Assembly (NCBI GenBank): GCA_965215565.1
Contig: CBDCDZ010000004.1
Span: forward strand, 3,904,001-3,968,000
DNA: 64,000 nucleotides
Origin: Trueperaceae bacterium
GTDB lineage: Bacteria > Deinococcota > Deinococci > Deinococcales > Trueperaceae
Direction of reading: 5' to 3'
The first letter of the stretch is position 1. Every line of letters begins with the position of its first letter. The position numbers were made by a program, and so were the translations under genes. A model generated the notes under the pieces. It was given only the letters and a program-made list of their open reading frames with translations, searched no databases and was not told where the DNA came from. Of the stretch, positions 9,213-18,788 are shown piece after piece.

Positions 9213-11284
9213 TCCTCTATACTACTCAACTCACCTCTTAGCTGCGCCACCCACGCGGCGAGCGCGTACGCCTCGCCTCTCGTGAGCGTGTCTGCGCCCG
9301 AAAACCTGTCCGCTGAAAACCCGTAGTGGCTCCAACTGGGCTCCAAACATAGACCCACTTCACAAGCGGCTACGGTGGTCATCTCGAGCGCCAACTGAGG
9401 GGTCAGCGCCCCCGAAGTGCCCCCGAAGGTAGCCAGGAGCGCTTGCCCCAGCGCGTCGCTATTCAAGAACCGCTGCCCGACGTTCGAGAGCAGGTAGAGG
9501 TAGCCCAGTGCCGACATCTCCGCGCTCAAGTTCGGCTCGTTCTCGTAGCCGCCCAGCGCCAAGCCGCGCCCCCTCAAGGTGCGGTACGCACTGAAGAACT
9601 CGTGAGAGGTGGGTCCTGAAGGCGCGCGCGCCTTGACCTCCGCCAAGTACGCGCCGCGCGCCTCCAAGCGTGCGCGCAGAGACTGAACCGCGTCCGTATC
9701 GTCCACAAACGTCGCGGGTGTCACCCCTTGCTGCGCGGCCCTAGCCGCCGCCACGCCCACCGCCTCGCCCAGCGCCATGCCGAAGGGAACGACGCGCGCC
9801 GAAGACGCCGCCAAGGGGTCATAGCCGGCGGCTTTGCCGACTACCCACAGGTTGTCGACCTCTTGGGGCACCGCCACGCAGAGCCGCGCCCCGTAGACCT
9901 CCGGCGTACCGTAGACGTAACCGTTGTCGTGAGGCGTGAGCGTCTGCACGTCCAAGGGGTAGCCGCCCGCCACCACGTCCTCGGCGGTGACGACGTTGCT
10001 CAGCACGTCGTCCACGGAGAGCGTGCAGCGCGTCTCAACGTGCCGCGTCTCGCGGATGTAGAGCGTGTCGGCCACGCCGCCGAACGTTGCGTTTTCGAAG
10101 CCAGGCAGCTCCTTCTTGAGGTAGTCGATGACGCGCGGAGCCTCGAGCCGCGCTCGCTCGTAGCCCGCCGCCACGCTCTCCGGGTCAAAGGGGTCCACGC
10201 CGTAGATGAGCAGCGCGTTGACCAAGACCGAGCCGTCCGCCTGCCTGCCCAAGTTGAGACCGCGCAGCCTGAGCCCCGCTTCCTGCGGCTCGTACGCAGC
10301 GGGATAGCCGCCGAAGTGTCCCCACGCGACGTGATCGTCTGCGACAGCATATGACTTGCCTCTCGAGCGGACGCCCCGCTTGAGGGCGGACCAGTCCACC
10401 CCGTCAATGCGGAAAACGAGCGTATCCGCCATGCGCTCGTCTAGCCCGAGCGAGGCGAAACCTAGCGAGAAGGGCGCGCCCGCTTGGGCGCTCAAGTCGG
10501 CTTCGGCGGTAGCGTCAATGACTTGGGACGCGCGCACCACCTCGGCGTCCATTCGGACGCCGAGGGCGGTTCTAGTTGCGTCGGTTCTAGCCACGTCTGG
10601 GGCAAAAGTTACACTTGTATCTTGAGGGCTCGTATCTTGGGGGCGCGAGCCGCCGATTGGGTTGGGACCTAAGCGCGCCGCCCCGCCGTCAATAGCGCCC
10701 TCGGCGTCTCTAAAAACAGGCTCCGCAGCGGTGTTCAACCTGAGGGCGACGCCCGCTTCGCCCAGCATCTCTACGAACGCATCCTCCGCCTCCCGCACGT
10801 CGAACGACCCGCCGCGTCCCACACGCTCCCACCACGCTAAAAAGAGCCCCTGCTGATAGAGCGTGGGCCGCGTGCGCAAGTCGAGCGAGTTCATCTGGCC
10901 GAGCACGAAGAGCCCGCCCACGCGCGCGTCTTCGCTGACGAGCAGCGTGCGCGCGCCCTCTTGCGCCGCCGCCACCGCCGCCGTGATCCCTTCGGGCTCG
11001 CTGCCGACGACGATCACGTCGTAGTCGTTGGGTGCGCTAGTTTGCGCCACGGTACTGTTTTGTGCTGAGGTGGGGTCTTGTACCGATGCGGTTGCAAGCG
11101 GTAGTGAGAGCAAGGCGAGTAGCGCGAGCAAGAGGTGACGTGGGGTGCGGAGCCGTGAGAAAGGGTGACAGAGTAACATCGCCATCAATGTACCAAGCCG
11201 AATACCGCGCGGTGTGTGAGCTTTTTCCGCCATCTTGCGTCCCCTTCCCGCTCGAGAGACGCCTTTAAGCCGCCCTTTAACCAA
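9209..11284 (-). CDS. Exported FAD-dependent oxidoreductase (FAD_oxidored family); true start probably downstream of 11284
   Basis: YDVIVVGSEPEGITAAVAAA; IDATAEADL; LYIRETRH; YPLD; SSARVVP; signal-peptide-like segment. Confidence 0.8.
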   Translation of the reverse strand: MVKGRLKGVSRAGRGRKMAEKAHTPRGIRLGTLMAMLLCHPFSRLRTPRHLLLALLALLSLPLATASVQDPTSAQNSTVAQTSAPNDYDVIVVGSEPEGITAAVAAAQEGARTLLVSEDARVGGLFVLGQMNSLDLRTRPTLYQQGLFLAWWERVGRGGSFDVREAEDAFVEMLGEAGVALRLNTAAEPVFRDAEGAIDGGAARLGPNPIGGSRPQDTSPQDTSVTFAPDVARTDATRTALGVRMDAEVVRASQVIDATAEADLSAQAGAPFSLGFASLGLDERMADTLVFRIDGVDWSALKRGVRSRGKSYAVADDHVAWGHFGGYPAAYEPQEAGLRLRGLNLGRQADGSVLVNALLIYGVDPFDPESVAAGYERARLEAPRVIDYLKKELPGFENATFGGVADTLYIRETRHVETRCTLSVDDVLSNVVTAEDVVAGGYPLDVQTLTPHDNGYVYGTPEVYGARLCVAVPQEVDNLWVVGKAAGYDPLAASSARVVPFGMALGEAVGVAAARAAQQGVTPATFVDDTDAVQSLRARLEARGAYLAEVKARAPSGPTSHEFFSAYRTLRGRGLALGGYENEPNLSAEMSALGYLYLLSNVGQRFLNSDALGQALLATFGGTSGALTPQLALEMTTVAACEVGLCLEPSWSHYGFSADRFSGADTLTRGEAYALAAWVAQLRGELSSIEE

Positions 11285-11370
11285 GGCTCATAGCCTCCTC
11301 TTGCGAGGGTGATAGCATACCGCATGGACCCATCTATCCATGTCGATACTCACGATCTCGAGGAGACCCC

Positions 11371-12498
11371 ATGCGTTACCTAACCCCGTTACTGTCTAGC
11401 CTACTCATCGTCTTACTCACGAGCTGCCTCCCCGAAGCCGACGAGGGGCTGAGCCTCCACGACGTCTCGCTCTACGGCGCGGCGGAACCTGAAAATGCCG
11501 CGACGCTCTACGGCTACTTCTACGGCCCGCCTACCGAAGTCAGCGTGGCTGGGCGCGCCCTGACGCTGAGCGAAGGGCGCACTGAGGGTCCCCTCGCCGT
11601 GCCGAGCGCCCTCTTGGTCAATGGCGAGCCCACCTTGAATCAGCGCCTCGCGCCGCTGGGCGCAAGCCCCCTGGAGGTGCAGCGCACCCGCTTCTCGACT
11701 GACCTTATCGTGCGCGCGAACGAAGACTTGGGCACCGTCGCCTACTTCGACGGCAGCTTGTGGTTCACCCTCACCGAAGAGGTGAGCGCAGGCGAGGAGC
11801 GGCGCGTGGTGCCGCGCGAGCGTGTGAGCGGGCTTTTCGGCTTAGGTGAGCTGACCCGCGAAGAGGCGAGGGCGTTCGAGCAACTGCTCACAGAGCGTGG
11901 TCCCGTCGTCGTCGCCGCGCTGCCCGAAAGGAGAACGCAGTCGAGGAGCGTCGGCGGGCTCAGCGAGTACCGGCGCACCGCACTCTTCACGCAAGAGGGG
12001 TTGGAGACTGAGATGAGTAGTGCGAACCAAGGTGCAGACCAGCGTGACATGGCTGAGGGGTCCGGTGAAGCCTCCGAAACGGGGTTGACCTGGGAAGAAC
12101 TCGCTAAAGGCAGTCAAGTCAGCGGCGGCGAGAGCCCGCGCTTTTTCGTCGCCACCTCGCAAGCCGAGCTAGAGAACCTCTGGGGCTTGGCTTACGGCAA
12201 CCTCCTCACCCCGCCTGACCTGCCTAGCGTCGACTTCAGCCGCGAGAGCGTCGCGGGTATGTTCCTGGGTCAAAGACCGACGGGCGGCTACAGCGTAAAC
12301 GTACAGGGGGTGTCGCTCGAGGACGGCGAAGTCTACCTCCAGGTGGACGTCACCGAGCCCGCGCCCGGCGCAATCACCACGCAGGCGCTCACCAACCCTT
12401 GGGTCATGGTGCGCGTCAGCCAGCCCAACCTCAGCAGCGCCTGGTTTAGAGAGGTAGGTTCGGAGGAGCTATTGGGCGTGGCGAGAGCGGGAAAATAG
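11371..12498 (+). CDS. Lipoprotein with C-terminal PrcB-like domain
   Basis: Lipobox LTSC; VDFSRE..GQRPTGGYSV..P.PG..TTQALTNPW. Confidence 0.75.
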   Translation: MRYLTPLLSSLLIVLLTSCLPEADEGLSLHDVSLYGAAEPENAATLYGYFYGPPTEVSVAGRALTLSEGRTEGPLAVPSALLVNGEPTLNQRLAPLGASPLEVQRTRFSTDLIVRANEDLGTVAYFDGSLWFTLTEEVSAGEERRVVPRERVSGLFGLGELTREEARAFEQLLTERGPVVVAALPERRTQSRSVGGLSEYRRTALFTQEGLETEMSSANQGADQRDMAEGSGEASETGLTWEELAKGSQVSGGESPRFFVATSQAELENLWGLAYGNLLTPPDLPSVDFSRESVAGMFLGQRPTGGYSVNVQGVSLEDGEVYLQVDVTEPAPGAITTQALTNPWVMVRVSQPNLSSAWFREVGSEELLGVARAGK

Positions 12499-12500
12499 GA

Positions 12501-12661
12501 AGCAATGAGTACCGAGCAATGAGTTGAAAGTTAAAGGCATTTGGTTTTCCACTTTCAACTCATTGCTCGTCGCTTTCAACTGTCTTTTACTCATTGCTCA
12601 CCGTTCGTTTCCTTCGGAAGACTGCGTAACCCCGAAAGGGGATTGCTTTTAACTCATTGCT
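12501..12661. repeat. Inverted heptamer (GCAATGA/TCATTGC) repeat element D1
   Basis: Repeated GCAATGAG and CTCATTGC; shares ACCGTTCGTT...GGATTGCTTTTAACTCATTGCTG with D2. Confidence 0.7.
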
Positions 12662-12667
12662 GGACTT

Positions 12668-13837
12668 TTACGTTAGCGCGTGCGGGTCGAAGAGCCGCTT
12701 ATACTCGTCGCCTGCGAAGCGGTCCGTCATCCCCGCCAGGTAGTCCGTGACCGTGCGAAGGACACCCTTTTCTTCGGCTCTAGCCTGCAGGTGAAAGGGC
12801 AGCATGGTAGGGGTCTCCAAGTAGGCGTTGAAAAGACTCTCCAAAATTCTATCCGCCTTTTTCGTCATGCGAATTAGGCGGTAGTGGCGGTAGAGGTTGG
12901 TGAACAGAAAGTCCTTGAGGACGCGCAACTTCTCGCTCATCTCGGGCGAGGTGCTGACCAATGTCTGCGGCGCGCGGCGAACCTCTTCTAAAGTTGTGAC
13001 ACCCGCTCTTTCCAAATGCTCATGCGTGCAGTGAATCGCGTCTTCGATCATCCGCCCTAAAAGCTTGCGAATGAGCAAGTAGCGCGTCTCGTTGGTGAGC
13101 GCATACGGGTCAATCTCTAAGTCGTGCATCAGCTCGCCGACGAGCGGCACCTCTTGAATCTGCGTTCCCGTGAGGTGCCCTGAGCGCAGACCGTCGTCCA
13201 AATCGTGTGCGTTGTAAGCGAGTTCGTCCGCGACGTTGACCACTTGCGCCTCTAGCGTCGGTTGCTTGTCGGGCTCCCAATCGGCGCGTGTCAGCGTGCC
13301 GTGCAGCGTCTTTGGTAGCACCATCTTCTCGTGCTTCATGATACCCTCTAAGGTCTCCCAGGTGAGGTTGAGCCCCGGAAAGTCCGCGTAGCGCTTCTCC
13401 AATTCGGTGACGACGCGCAAGGATTGCTTGTTGTGATCGAAGCCGCCCTCCTCTTTGGCGAGGCGGTCCAGCGTGCGTTCGCCCGCGTGACCAAAAGGGG
13501 GATGCCCCAAGTCGTGGGCGAGCGCGACGGTCTCGGTGAGGTCAACGGAGAGACCCAACGCCCTCGAGATGCTCGTCGCCACCTGCGCTACCTCCAGGGT
13601 GTGCGTGAGCCGCGTGCGGTAGTAGTCGCCCTCGTAATTCACAAAGACCTGCGTTTTATATTCCAAACGCCTGAACGCGCTCGTGTGGATGACCCGGTCG
13701 CGGTCCTTTTGATACGCGGTGCGGTACGTCGCTTCCGCTTCGGGGTAAAGGCGCCCTTTTGAAAGGCTCGAGAGCGCCGCATAGGGGGCGAGCGTGGCGG
13801 CTTCGTCTGCCTCGAGCCTCTCTCTTGTAAAGAGCAT
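12668..13837 (-). CDS. dgt: Deoxyguanosinetriphosphate triphosphohydrolase (dGTPase)
   Basis: DRDRVIH..AFRRL..KTQV; RTRLTHTLEV; AHDLGHPPFGHAGE; ADELAY..HD; DYLAGMTD. Confidence 0.95.
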   Translation of the reverse strand: MLFTRERLEADEAATLAPYAALSSLSKGRLYPEAEATYRTAYQKDRDRVIHTSAFRRLEYKTQVFVNYEGDYYRTRLTHTLEVAQVATSISRALGLSVDLTETVALAHDLGHPPFGHAGERTLDRLAKEEGGFDHNKQSLRVVTELEKRYADFPGLNLTWETLEGIMKHEKMVLPKTLHGTLTRADWEPDKQPTLEAQVVNVADELAYNAHDLDDGLRSGHLTGTQIQEVPLVGELMHDLEIDPYALTNETRYLLIRKLLGRMIEDAIHCTHEHLERAGVTTLEEVRRAPQTLVSTSPEMSEKLRVLKDFLFTNLYRHYRLIRMTKKADRILESLFNAYLETPTMLPFHLQARAEEKGVLRTVTDYLAGMTDRFAGDEYKRLFDPHALT

Positions 13838-13972
13838 GGAATGAGATTAGCATTTAAGGACGGGTAAGAATGTCTCAAATTGCAGTGTGGCTCAGTGAGG
13901 TACAGAAGAGGTGAGGTGAAATATCTCAAATTCACCCTTCTTCTCATCACCCTATCTCCCTTACGCCACCTC

Positions 13973-14001
13973 TTGACAAACTTAACGGCGTTAAGTAAAC
14001 T
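13973..14001 (+). promoter_or_regulatory. Sigma70-type promoter with palindromic operator between -35 and -10
   Basis: TTGACA (13973-78), 17 nt, TAAACT (13996-14001); CTTAACGGCGTTAAG at 13981-13995. Confidence 0.75.
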
Positions 14002-14010
14002 AGCAGCGTA

Positions 14011-14682
14011 ATGACAAAGACGACTCAAACTAAAAGTTCTAAGACTCGAGACGAGCGCATCCAGTCGCGCAGCGCCAAACGCCGCGCCAAGCAGAAGGAG
14101 GAACTGCGCTGCGCTATCTTGGCAGCCGCCAAAGACCTCTTCTTAGCGCACGGCTATGAAGGCTTCTCGCTGCGCCAAGTCGCGGAAGAGGTAGGGTATT
14201 CGCCCACCACGATCTACCTCTACTTTTCGGACAAAGACGAACTCCTTTTACATGTCTGCTTAGAGGGCTTTCAGACCTTTGGCGCGATGCTCCGAACGGG
14301 TTACGAGAGCAGCGACGACCCGAGGGAGAGGCTCGAGGCGTTGGGCGAGCAGTACTTCAAGTTCGGCCTAGAAAACCCCGCCAACTATCGCCTCATGTTC
14401 ATGCAGCGCACCGACATTCGCACCGAGGAACTGCCCGAAGGCTACGAATCTACCGAAGACAGCTTCGGTTACTTAGTCAGGACGGTTCACGAGTGTATCG
14501 GTGCAGGTTATCTGCACGGCGACCCACATACGCTCGCCAACTTCATCTGGAGCGGTATTCACGGCATCGTGGCGCTCGCGCTTGTTGACGACCCTCACTA
14601 CACCCGCAGGGATGCCGAGGCGTCGTTCGCGCTCTATAAAGAGCAGATGCACCGCATTTTGAACCGAGAGGAGAGAGGTTAA
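14011..14682 (+). CDS. TetR/AcrR family regulator (WHG-type C-terminal domain)
   Basis: HTH SLRQVAEEVGYSPTTIYLYFSDKDEL; WSGIHGIVAL. Confidence 0.92.
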   Translation: MTKTTQTKSSKTRDERIQSRSAKRRAKQKEELRCAILAAAKDLFLAHGYEGFSLRQVAEEVGYSPTTIYLYFSDKDELLLHVCLEGFQTFGAMLRTGYESSDDPRERLEALGEQYFKFGLENPANYRLMFMQRTDIRTEELPEGYESTEDSFGYLVRTVHECIGAGYLHGDPHTLANFIWSGIHGIVALALVDDPHYTRRDAEASFALYKEQMHRILNREERG

Positions 14683-14699
14683 AATTTTTTAATCCGTGA

Positions 14700-14717
14700 T
14701 TAACACTGTTAAGTAAA
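14700..14717. promoter_or_regulatory. Second putative TetR operator
   Basis: TTAACACTGTTAAGTAAA, same TTAAC-N3-GTTAAGTAAA pattern as 13982-13999. Confidence 0.7.
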
Positions 14718-14751
14718 TTTAAGCCGTTCTCATTTAGTAAGGAGCAAGATC

Positions 14752-15732
14752 ATGACCCCCAACCTGCCTAACCCCACTACCTTCATCCGCCGTCTCTGGC
14801 ACACCCACGCCCCCTTGACCGTCTCCGCCTTCCTCACCCTCGGACTGCTCGCCTTCTTCACTGCTGGTATTTTCTTAGATGAGCGCATCATCACAGGTCT
14901 CCCCGCTTGGCTCAAACCAACCAAGTTCGCGATTTCGATCAGTCTCTACACTTTCACACTGCTCTGGTTTTTAGGCTCTATCAGCACGGATAAGCCTTGG
15001 CGTAAGTGGCTCGTAAGCATCCTCGGCTGGACGGTGGCGCTGACCTTTACCGCCGAGTGGCTGGCGATCATCACCCAAGCGGCGCGGGGGACGACGAGTC
15101 ACTTTAACGTCTCCTCAACGTTTGACGCCGCGCTCTGGGGTTTGATGGCAATCTCTATCATGATTTTGTGGATTGCCAACTTCATCATCGCCGGGTTACT
15201 CCTCTTTCAGCGTTTTGAGAATTCCGCCTTCGCTTGGTCCCTGCGTCTAGGGCTCATCATCACGATTGTCGGGATGGGTTTAGGCTACCTGATGACGAGC
15301 CCCACCGCATTGCAGATGGCGCAGTGGGAGACGGGCGAGCCTGTCACGATTGTCGGAGCGCACAGCGTCGGCGTGCCGGATGGGGGAGAGGGGCTGCCTT
15401 TTGTCAATTGGAGCACGCAAGGGGGCGATTTGCGCATCGGTCACTTCGTCGGAATGCACGCGCTACAGGTGATTCCCTTCTTGGGCTGGCTCGTCATGCG
15501 CCGCCGCAGGTTAAATAGAGGTCAACAAACGGCGCTGGTGTGGACTGGAGCGGCGGGCTATTTGAGCATCACCTTACTTCTAACCTGGCAAGCGCTGAGG
15601 GCGCAGTCCATTATTCAGCCGGACGCCTTGACGCTTGGCGTGTTCGGGTCTATCGTCGCCGTAACACTACTGGCAGCCCTAACCATTCTTCGGCTCGGTG
15701 AGAGATCGGCTCGAGCCTTTCAGGAGGCATAA
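14752..15732 (+). CDS. Multi-pass membrane protein of unknown function
   Basis: ~7-8 TM segments; WLKPTKFAISI, QAARG..SHFN, AHSVG..DGG.GLP...WST.GGDLR..HF.G.HALQ. Confidence 0.8.
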   Translation: MTPNLPNPTTFIRRLWHTHAPLTVSAFLTLGLLAFFTAGIFLDERIITGLPAWLKPTKFAISISLYTFTLLWFLGSISTDKPWRKWLVSILGWTVALTFTAEWLAIITQAARGTTSHFNVSSTFDAALWGLMAISIMILWIANFIIAGLLLFQRFENSAFAWSLRLGLIITIVGMGLGYLMTSPTALQMAQWETGEPVTIVGAHSVGVPDGGEGLPFVNWSTQGGDLRIGHFVGMHALQVIPFLGWLVMRRRRLNRGQQTALVWTGAAGYLSITLLLTWQALRAQSIIQPDALTLGVFGSIVAVTLLAALTILRLGERSARAFQEA

Positions 15733-15735
15733 AAA

Positions 15736-16668
15736 ATGCGTTTAGGACGTATTTTCACGCTCGTAGGTCTTACTTTCGCTTCGGTGGCAATAGCGCTCGG
15801 CGCGCCCCGTTTGTCAGGCGGTATATCAGGACGTGTCGAGCACCACTTCACTGAGCATGACGGCGTAAAAACGCACTACGTCGGTACGGGAAGAGGTCCG
15901 CTCGTCGTCCTCGTTCACGGCATCCCCGAATTCTGGTATTCGTGGCGGCAGCAAATCGAACCTCTCGCGGCAGCAGGCTTTCGGGTTGTTGCGGTAGACC
16001 AGCGCGGCTTCAACCGTTCGGACAAACCTGAAGAGAGGGAGGCTTACGCAACGCAGCACGTTGTGGAGGATGTCGCGGCGGTCATCCGTCAAGAGGGGTA
16101 TGAACGCGCTCACATTGTCGGTCACGATTCCGGCGCACTCGTCGCGTGGCTCTTCGCAACCGTTCACCCTGAGATGACCGACAAACTCACCATCTTGAGT
16201 GTACCGCACCCAAATGCGTTTGCCGAAGAACTCGCCGCGAACCCTGCTCAGCACGAAGCGAGCGAATACGCCCGCAAGATGCAGCGCGGCGACTTCGATA
16301 TTCGCGCGCTGTTCCGCGTCGGACCGCTCGGCGTGCTGCGCGACCCACCCGGCTGGCTGCTCTATACGGCGGCAGATGCCCGCACCGACCACCGCGCCGT
16401 GTCGTCGTTCTATGAGGTGAATTATCCGAGGGAACCCTATGAGGTCAACGCGACGCTACCCAAAGTGCACGCGCCGACGCTGGTGATTCACGGCGTACAA
16501 GACCAGTTTCTGCTCGCTTCGGGGCACGCGCGCAACCACGAGTGGACAGAGATGGAACCCGAAACGGTGATGCTGGACGCGGGACACTTCGTCCATCAAG
16601 AGAAGCCCGAAGAGGTTAATAGGGTGATGCTCGAGTTCCTCACACGCGGTTTTGCAGGTTCCCAATGA
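15736..16668 (+). CDS. Alpha/beta hydrolase, epoxide hydrolase-like
   Basis: HGIPEFWYSW; DQRGFNRS; GHDSG; AGHFVHQEKP. Confidence 0.88.
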   Translation: MRLGRIFTLVGLTFASVAIALGAPRLSGGISGRVEHHFTEHDGVKTHYVGTGRGPLVVLVHGIPEFWYSWRQQIEPLAAAGFRVVAVDQRGFNRSDKPEEREAYATQHVVEDVAAVIRQEGYERAHIVGHDSGALVAWLFATVHPEMTDKLTILSVPHPNAFAEELAANPAQHEASEYARKMQRGDFDIRALFRVGPLGVLRDPPGWLLYTAADARTDHRAVSSFYEVNYPREPYEVNATLPKVHAPTLVIHGVQDQFLLASGHARNHEWTEMEPETVMLDAGHFVHQEKPEEVNRVMLEFLTRGFAGSQ

Positions 16669-17087
16669 CCTTCTCTCACAGCTTGAAAACAGACGCGCCT
16701 GAAGAGGTGTGGCGGCGTTGGCTAAAGGTTGAAACGTGGCACGAGTGGGACACCGAGGTTAAAGAAGCGTCGTTAGAAGGAGATTTCAAGCTCAGTGCGA
16801 AGGGAACGCTGACGCCGAAAACCGGATTTGAAGCGAGTTTCACCATCACCGAATTCACGCCGCAACAGAGCTACACGTTCACAACGGCTTTACCTCTCGC
16901 CAAACTCCACGTACGGCGCTACTTTTCAGAGAACAGAACCACGTTCACCCATGAGGTCAGCTTCACGGGACTGCTCGCACCTCTTTTTGGACGACTTCTC
17001 GGGCAGCGATTTCAAAAGGTCTTGCCTGAGGTGATGGCGAACTTGCGTGAGCTTGCTGAAACTTCGAAAGGTGTGGTGGCGTCGTGA
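16665..17087 (+). CDS. SRPBCC/polyketide cyclase-like protein
   Basis: PEEVW..W..VETW.EWD; FTHEVSFTGLLA.LF. Confidence 0.75.
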   Translation: MTFSHSLKTDAPEEVWRRWLKVETWHEWDTEVKEASLEGDFKLSAKGTLTPKTGFEASFTITEFTPQQSYTFTTALPLAKLHVRRYFSENRTTFTHEVSFTGLLAPLFGRLLGQRFQKVLPEVMANLRELAETSKGVVAS

Positions 17088-17818
17088 AAGCGTTAGCAAG
17101 AGGGGTTTATTAGCTTGACTTGGGTAAGGCGAATGTTTATGTACTCGAGGCAAAGGACGGCTTAGCGTTGGTGGACACTGAGGTCGTCGGGGCGAAAGAA
17201 CGCTTGGAAACGGCGCTGCAGAAAAACGGCTTCGCTCTCAAAGACATCAACCATATTCTCATCACCCACGCCCATGTGGACCATGTTGGCGGCTTGCGCG
17301 AACTTCAAGAGGTCACGGGCGCGGAGGTCTGGGCGCACCGCTTGGATGCGCCGTTTGTGCGTAGAGGTGAGCATCCGACCTACCCGGACACGTCAAAACT
17401 CGGCTTATTCGACAGAGGTATGGGCTGGTTCATAGGTTCATTTGTTGGCGCAGAACAGCCGAGTGCGCCCGTCCACCATGAGGTTGAACAAGGAGAGGTG
17501 CTCAGTGCGGTACGCGAAGACCTCACCGTGATTCACCTGCCTGGTCATAGCCCTGGACAGATCGGGTTTTGGCTACCCGAAGAACGTGTTTTACTCGGCG
17601 GCGACGTAGCGATGCACCTCTTACCCTGGCTGCATCTGCCTTTGGGTGCATATACGCCCGACATGGCAGAGGCAAAGCGCTCGATTCTCAAAGTTGCGAA
17701 ACTAAAACCCCACACCTTAGGCGTGGGGCATGGTGCGCCGCTCATCGGTGACGCCGAGGCGAAAGTAGCGCAATTCGCCGCGAAACTTCAGAAAACTCTG
17801 ACGCCCATAAGAGGTTAG
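17084..17818 (+). pseudogene. MBL-fold metallo-hydrolase with an in-frame TAG at codon 10
   Basis: GTG 17084 overlaps the upstream stop (GTGA) and reads VKALARGVY*LDLGKANVY; TAG at 17111-17113; THAHVDHVGG, PGHSPG, GD and GHG intact. Confidence 0.7.
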
Positions 17819-17860
17819 GCTCAGTTGAAGAGGTTAGCGGGTAGGTCCCAATGAAAAGAA

Positions 17861-17996
17861 TAGCAGGTATCATCTGGTCAGCTAAACCCTCACTAAAGAG
17901 AACATCATTTAGCACGCACTTGATTGTGATGAAGTTCCGTTACAGCAAAGCTGTGAAATCTGCGAAGAAGTGTAGCAACGATAAGTGGAATTGCTA
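17861..17996. mobile_element. MITE family C, copy 2 (reverse orientation, diverged)
   Basis: Begins TAGCAGGTATCATCTGGTC (reverse complement of the family C end); ends GGAATTGCTA. Confidence 0.65.
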
Positions 17997-18076
17997 GAAG
18001 TAAAGTATCATCTTCGCAACATGGGTGCTCAGAGGTGCTGTAACTACTGAGCGTGCCACTGACCAGATGCAGCCCG

Positions 18077-18520
18077 CTAGCCTGACGGCTGAGACCTGCT
18101 GTGCTCACTCACTTGCCGCTTGAGCCGCCCCATAATCGCGCTCATGCCGCGCAATCTAAGAGGTGAGATGACCTCGCCAAGTTTCATCTGCGTGTAGAAA
18201 TCATCGGGCGTCTCTAAAATCTGCTTGGGCGCTAAGCCGCTCAAGCCCTCGGACAAGATGCCTGCGAACCCTCTTGTGGTAGGCGCTTCGGGCGGCGCGT
18301 CGAAGTGAAAGACGACGTGCGCGTCGTCAGGAAATTCGGTGGCGATGAAGAAGGGTGTCTGGCACTCGTGGACCTTTTCCATTTGGTCGCGCTGACCTTC
18401 GAGTTCCGCTGGAAGAGGTGGAACCTTTTTAGAATACTCCAGAAGCATCTGGAGTCGGAGCTGCTTGGGGGCACTGCTGAAGTTGGAAACGATGCTCTGT
18501 AGCTGATCGGGAATACTCAT
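18077..18520 (-). CDS. sufE: SufE family Fe-S cluster assembly protein
   Basis: VHECQTP; EAPTTRGFAGIL; ISPLRLRGM. Confidence 0.88.
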   Translation of the reverse strand: MSIPDQLQSIVSNFSSAPKQLRLQMLLEYSKKVPPLPAELEGQRDQMEKVHECQTPFFIATEFPDDAHVVFHFDAPPEAPTTRGFAGILSEGLSGLAPKQILETPDDFYTQMKLGEVISPLRLRGMSAIMGRLKRQVSEHSRSQPSG

Positions 18521-18585
18521 ACTTCACTATAAGACGCTGGCGTGAAAGGGTGGGTCAAGGGGAGAACGAGGGGCGGGGAAGTAGC

Positions 18586-18712
18586 GAGCAATGAGCAATG
18601 AGTCTAAAGTCTTTCACTCATTGCTCACCGTTCGTTCCTTTCGCCTTCGCGAAAACTTTGTAAGCGGAAGCTAAAGCCACCAGCTTGACTGGATTGCTTT
18701 TAACTCATTGCT
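18586..18712. repeat. Inverted heptamer repeat element D2
   Basis: GAGCAATGAGCAATGAG...CTCATTGCTCACCGTTCGTT...GGATTGCTTTTAACTCATTGCT. Confidence 0.7.
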
Positions 18713-18788
18713 GTTCTATGAAGTCTTAACCCTGCCCCCAACACACGCCTAACCTCTTCTCACTCCCTACAAGGTTAAACTGTTCGCC

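Noticed and set aside
12668..13837. dGTPase as an anti-phage defence gene
   Set aside because: Short housekeeping-type Dgt in an ordinary context with no defence neighbours
17111..17113. Pyrrolysine or amber recoding
   Set aside because: TAG ends many normal genes here and no pyl genes are seen
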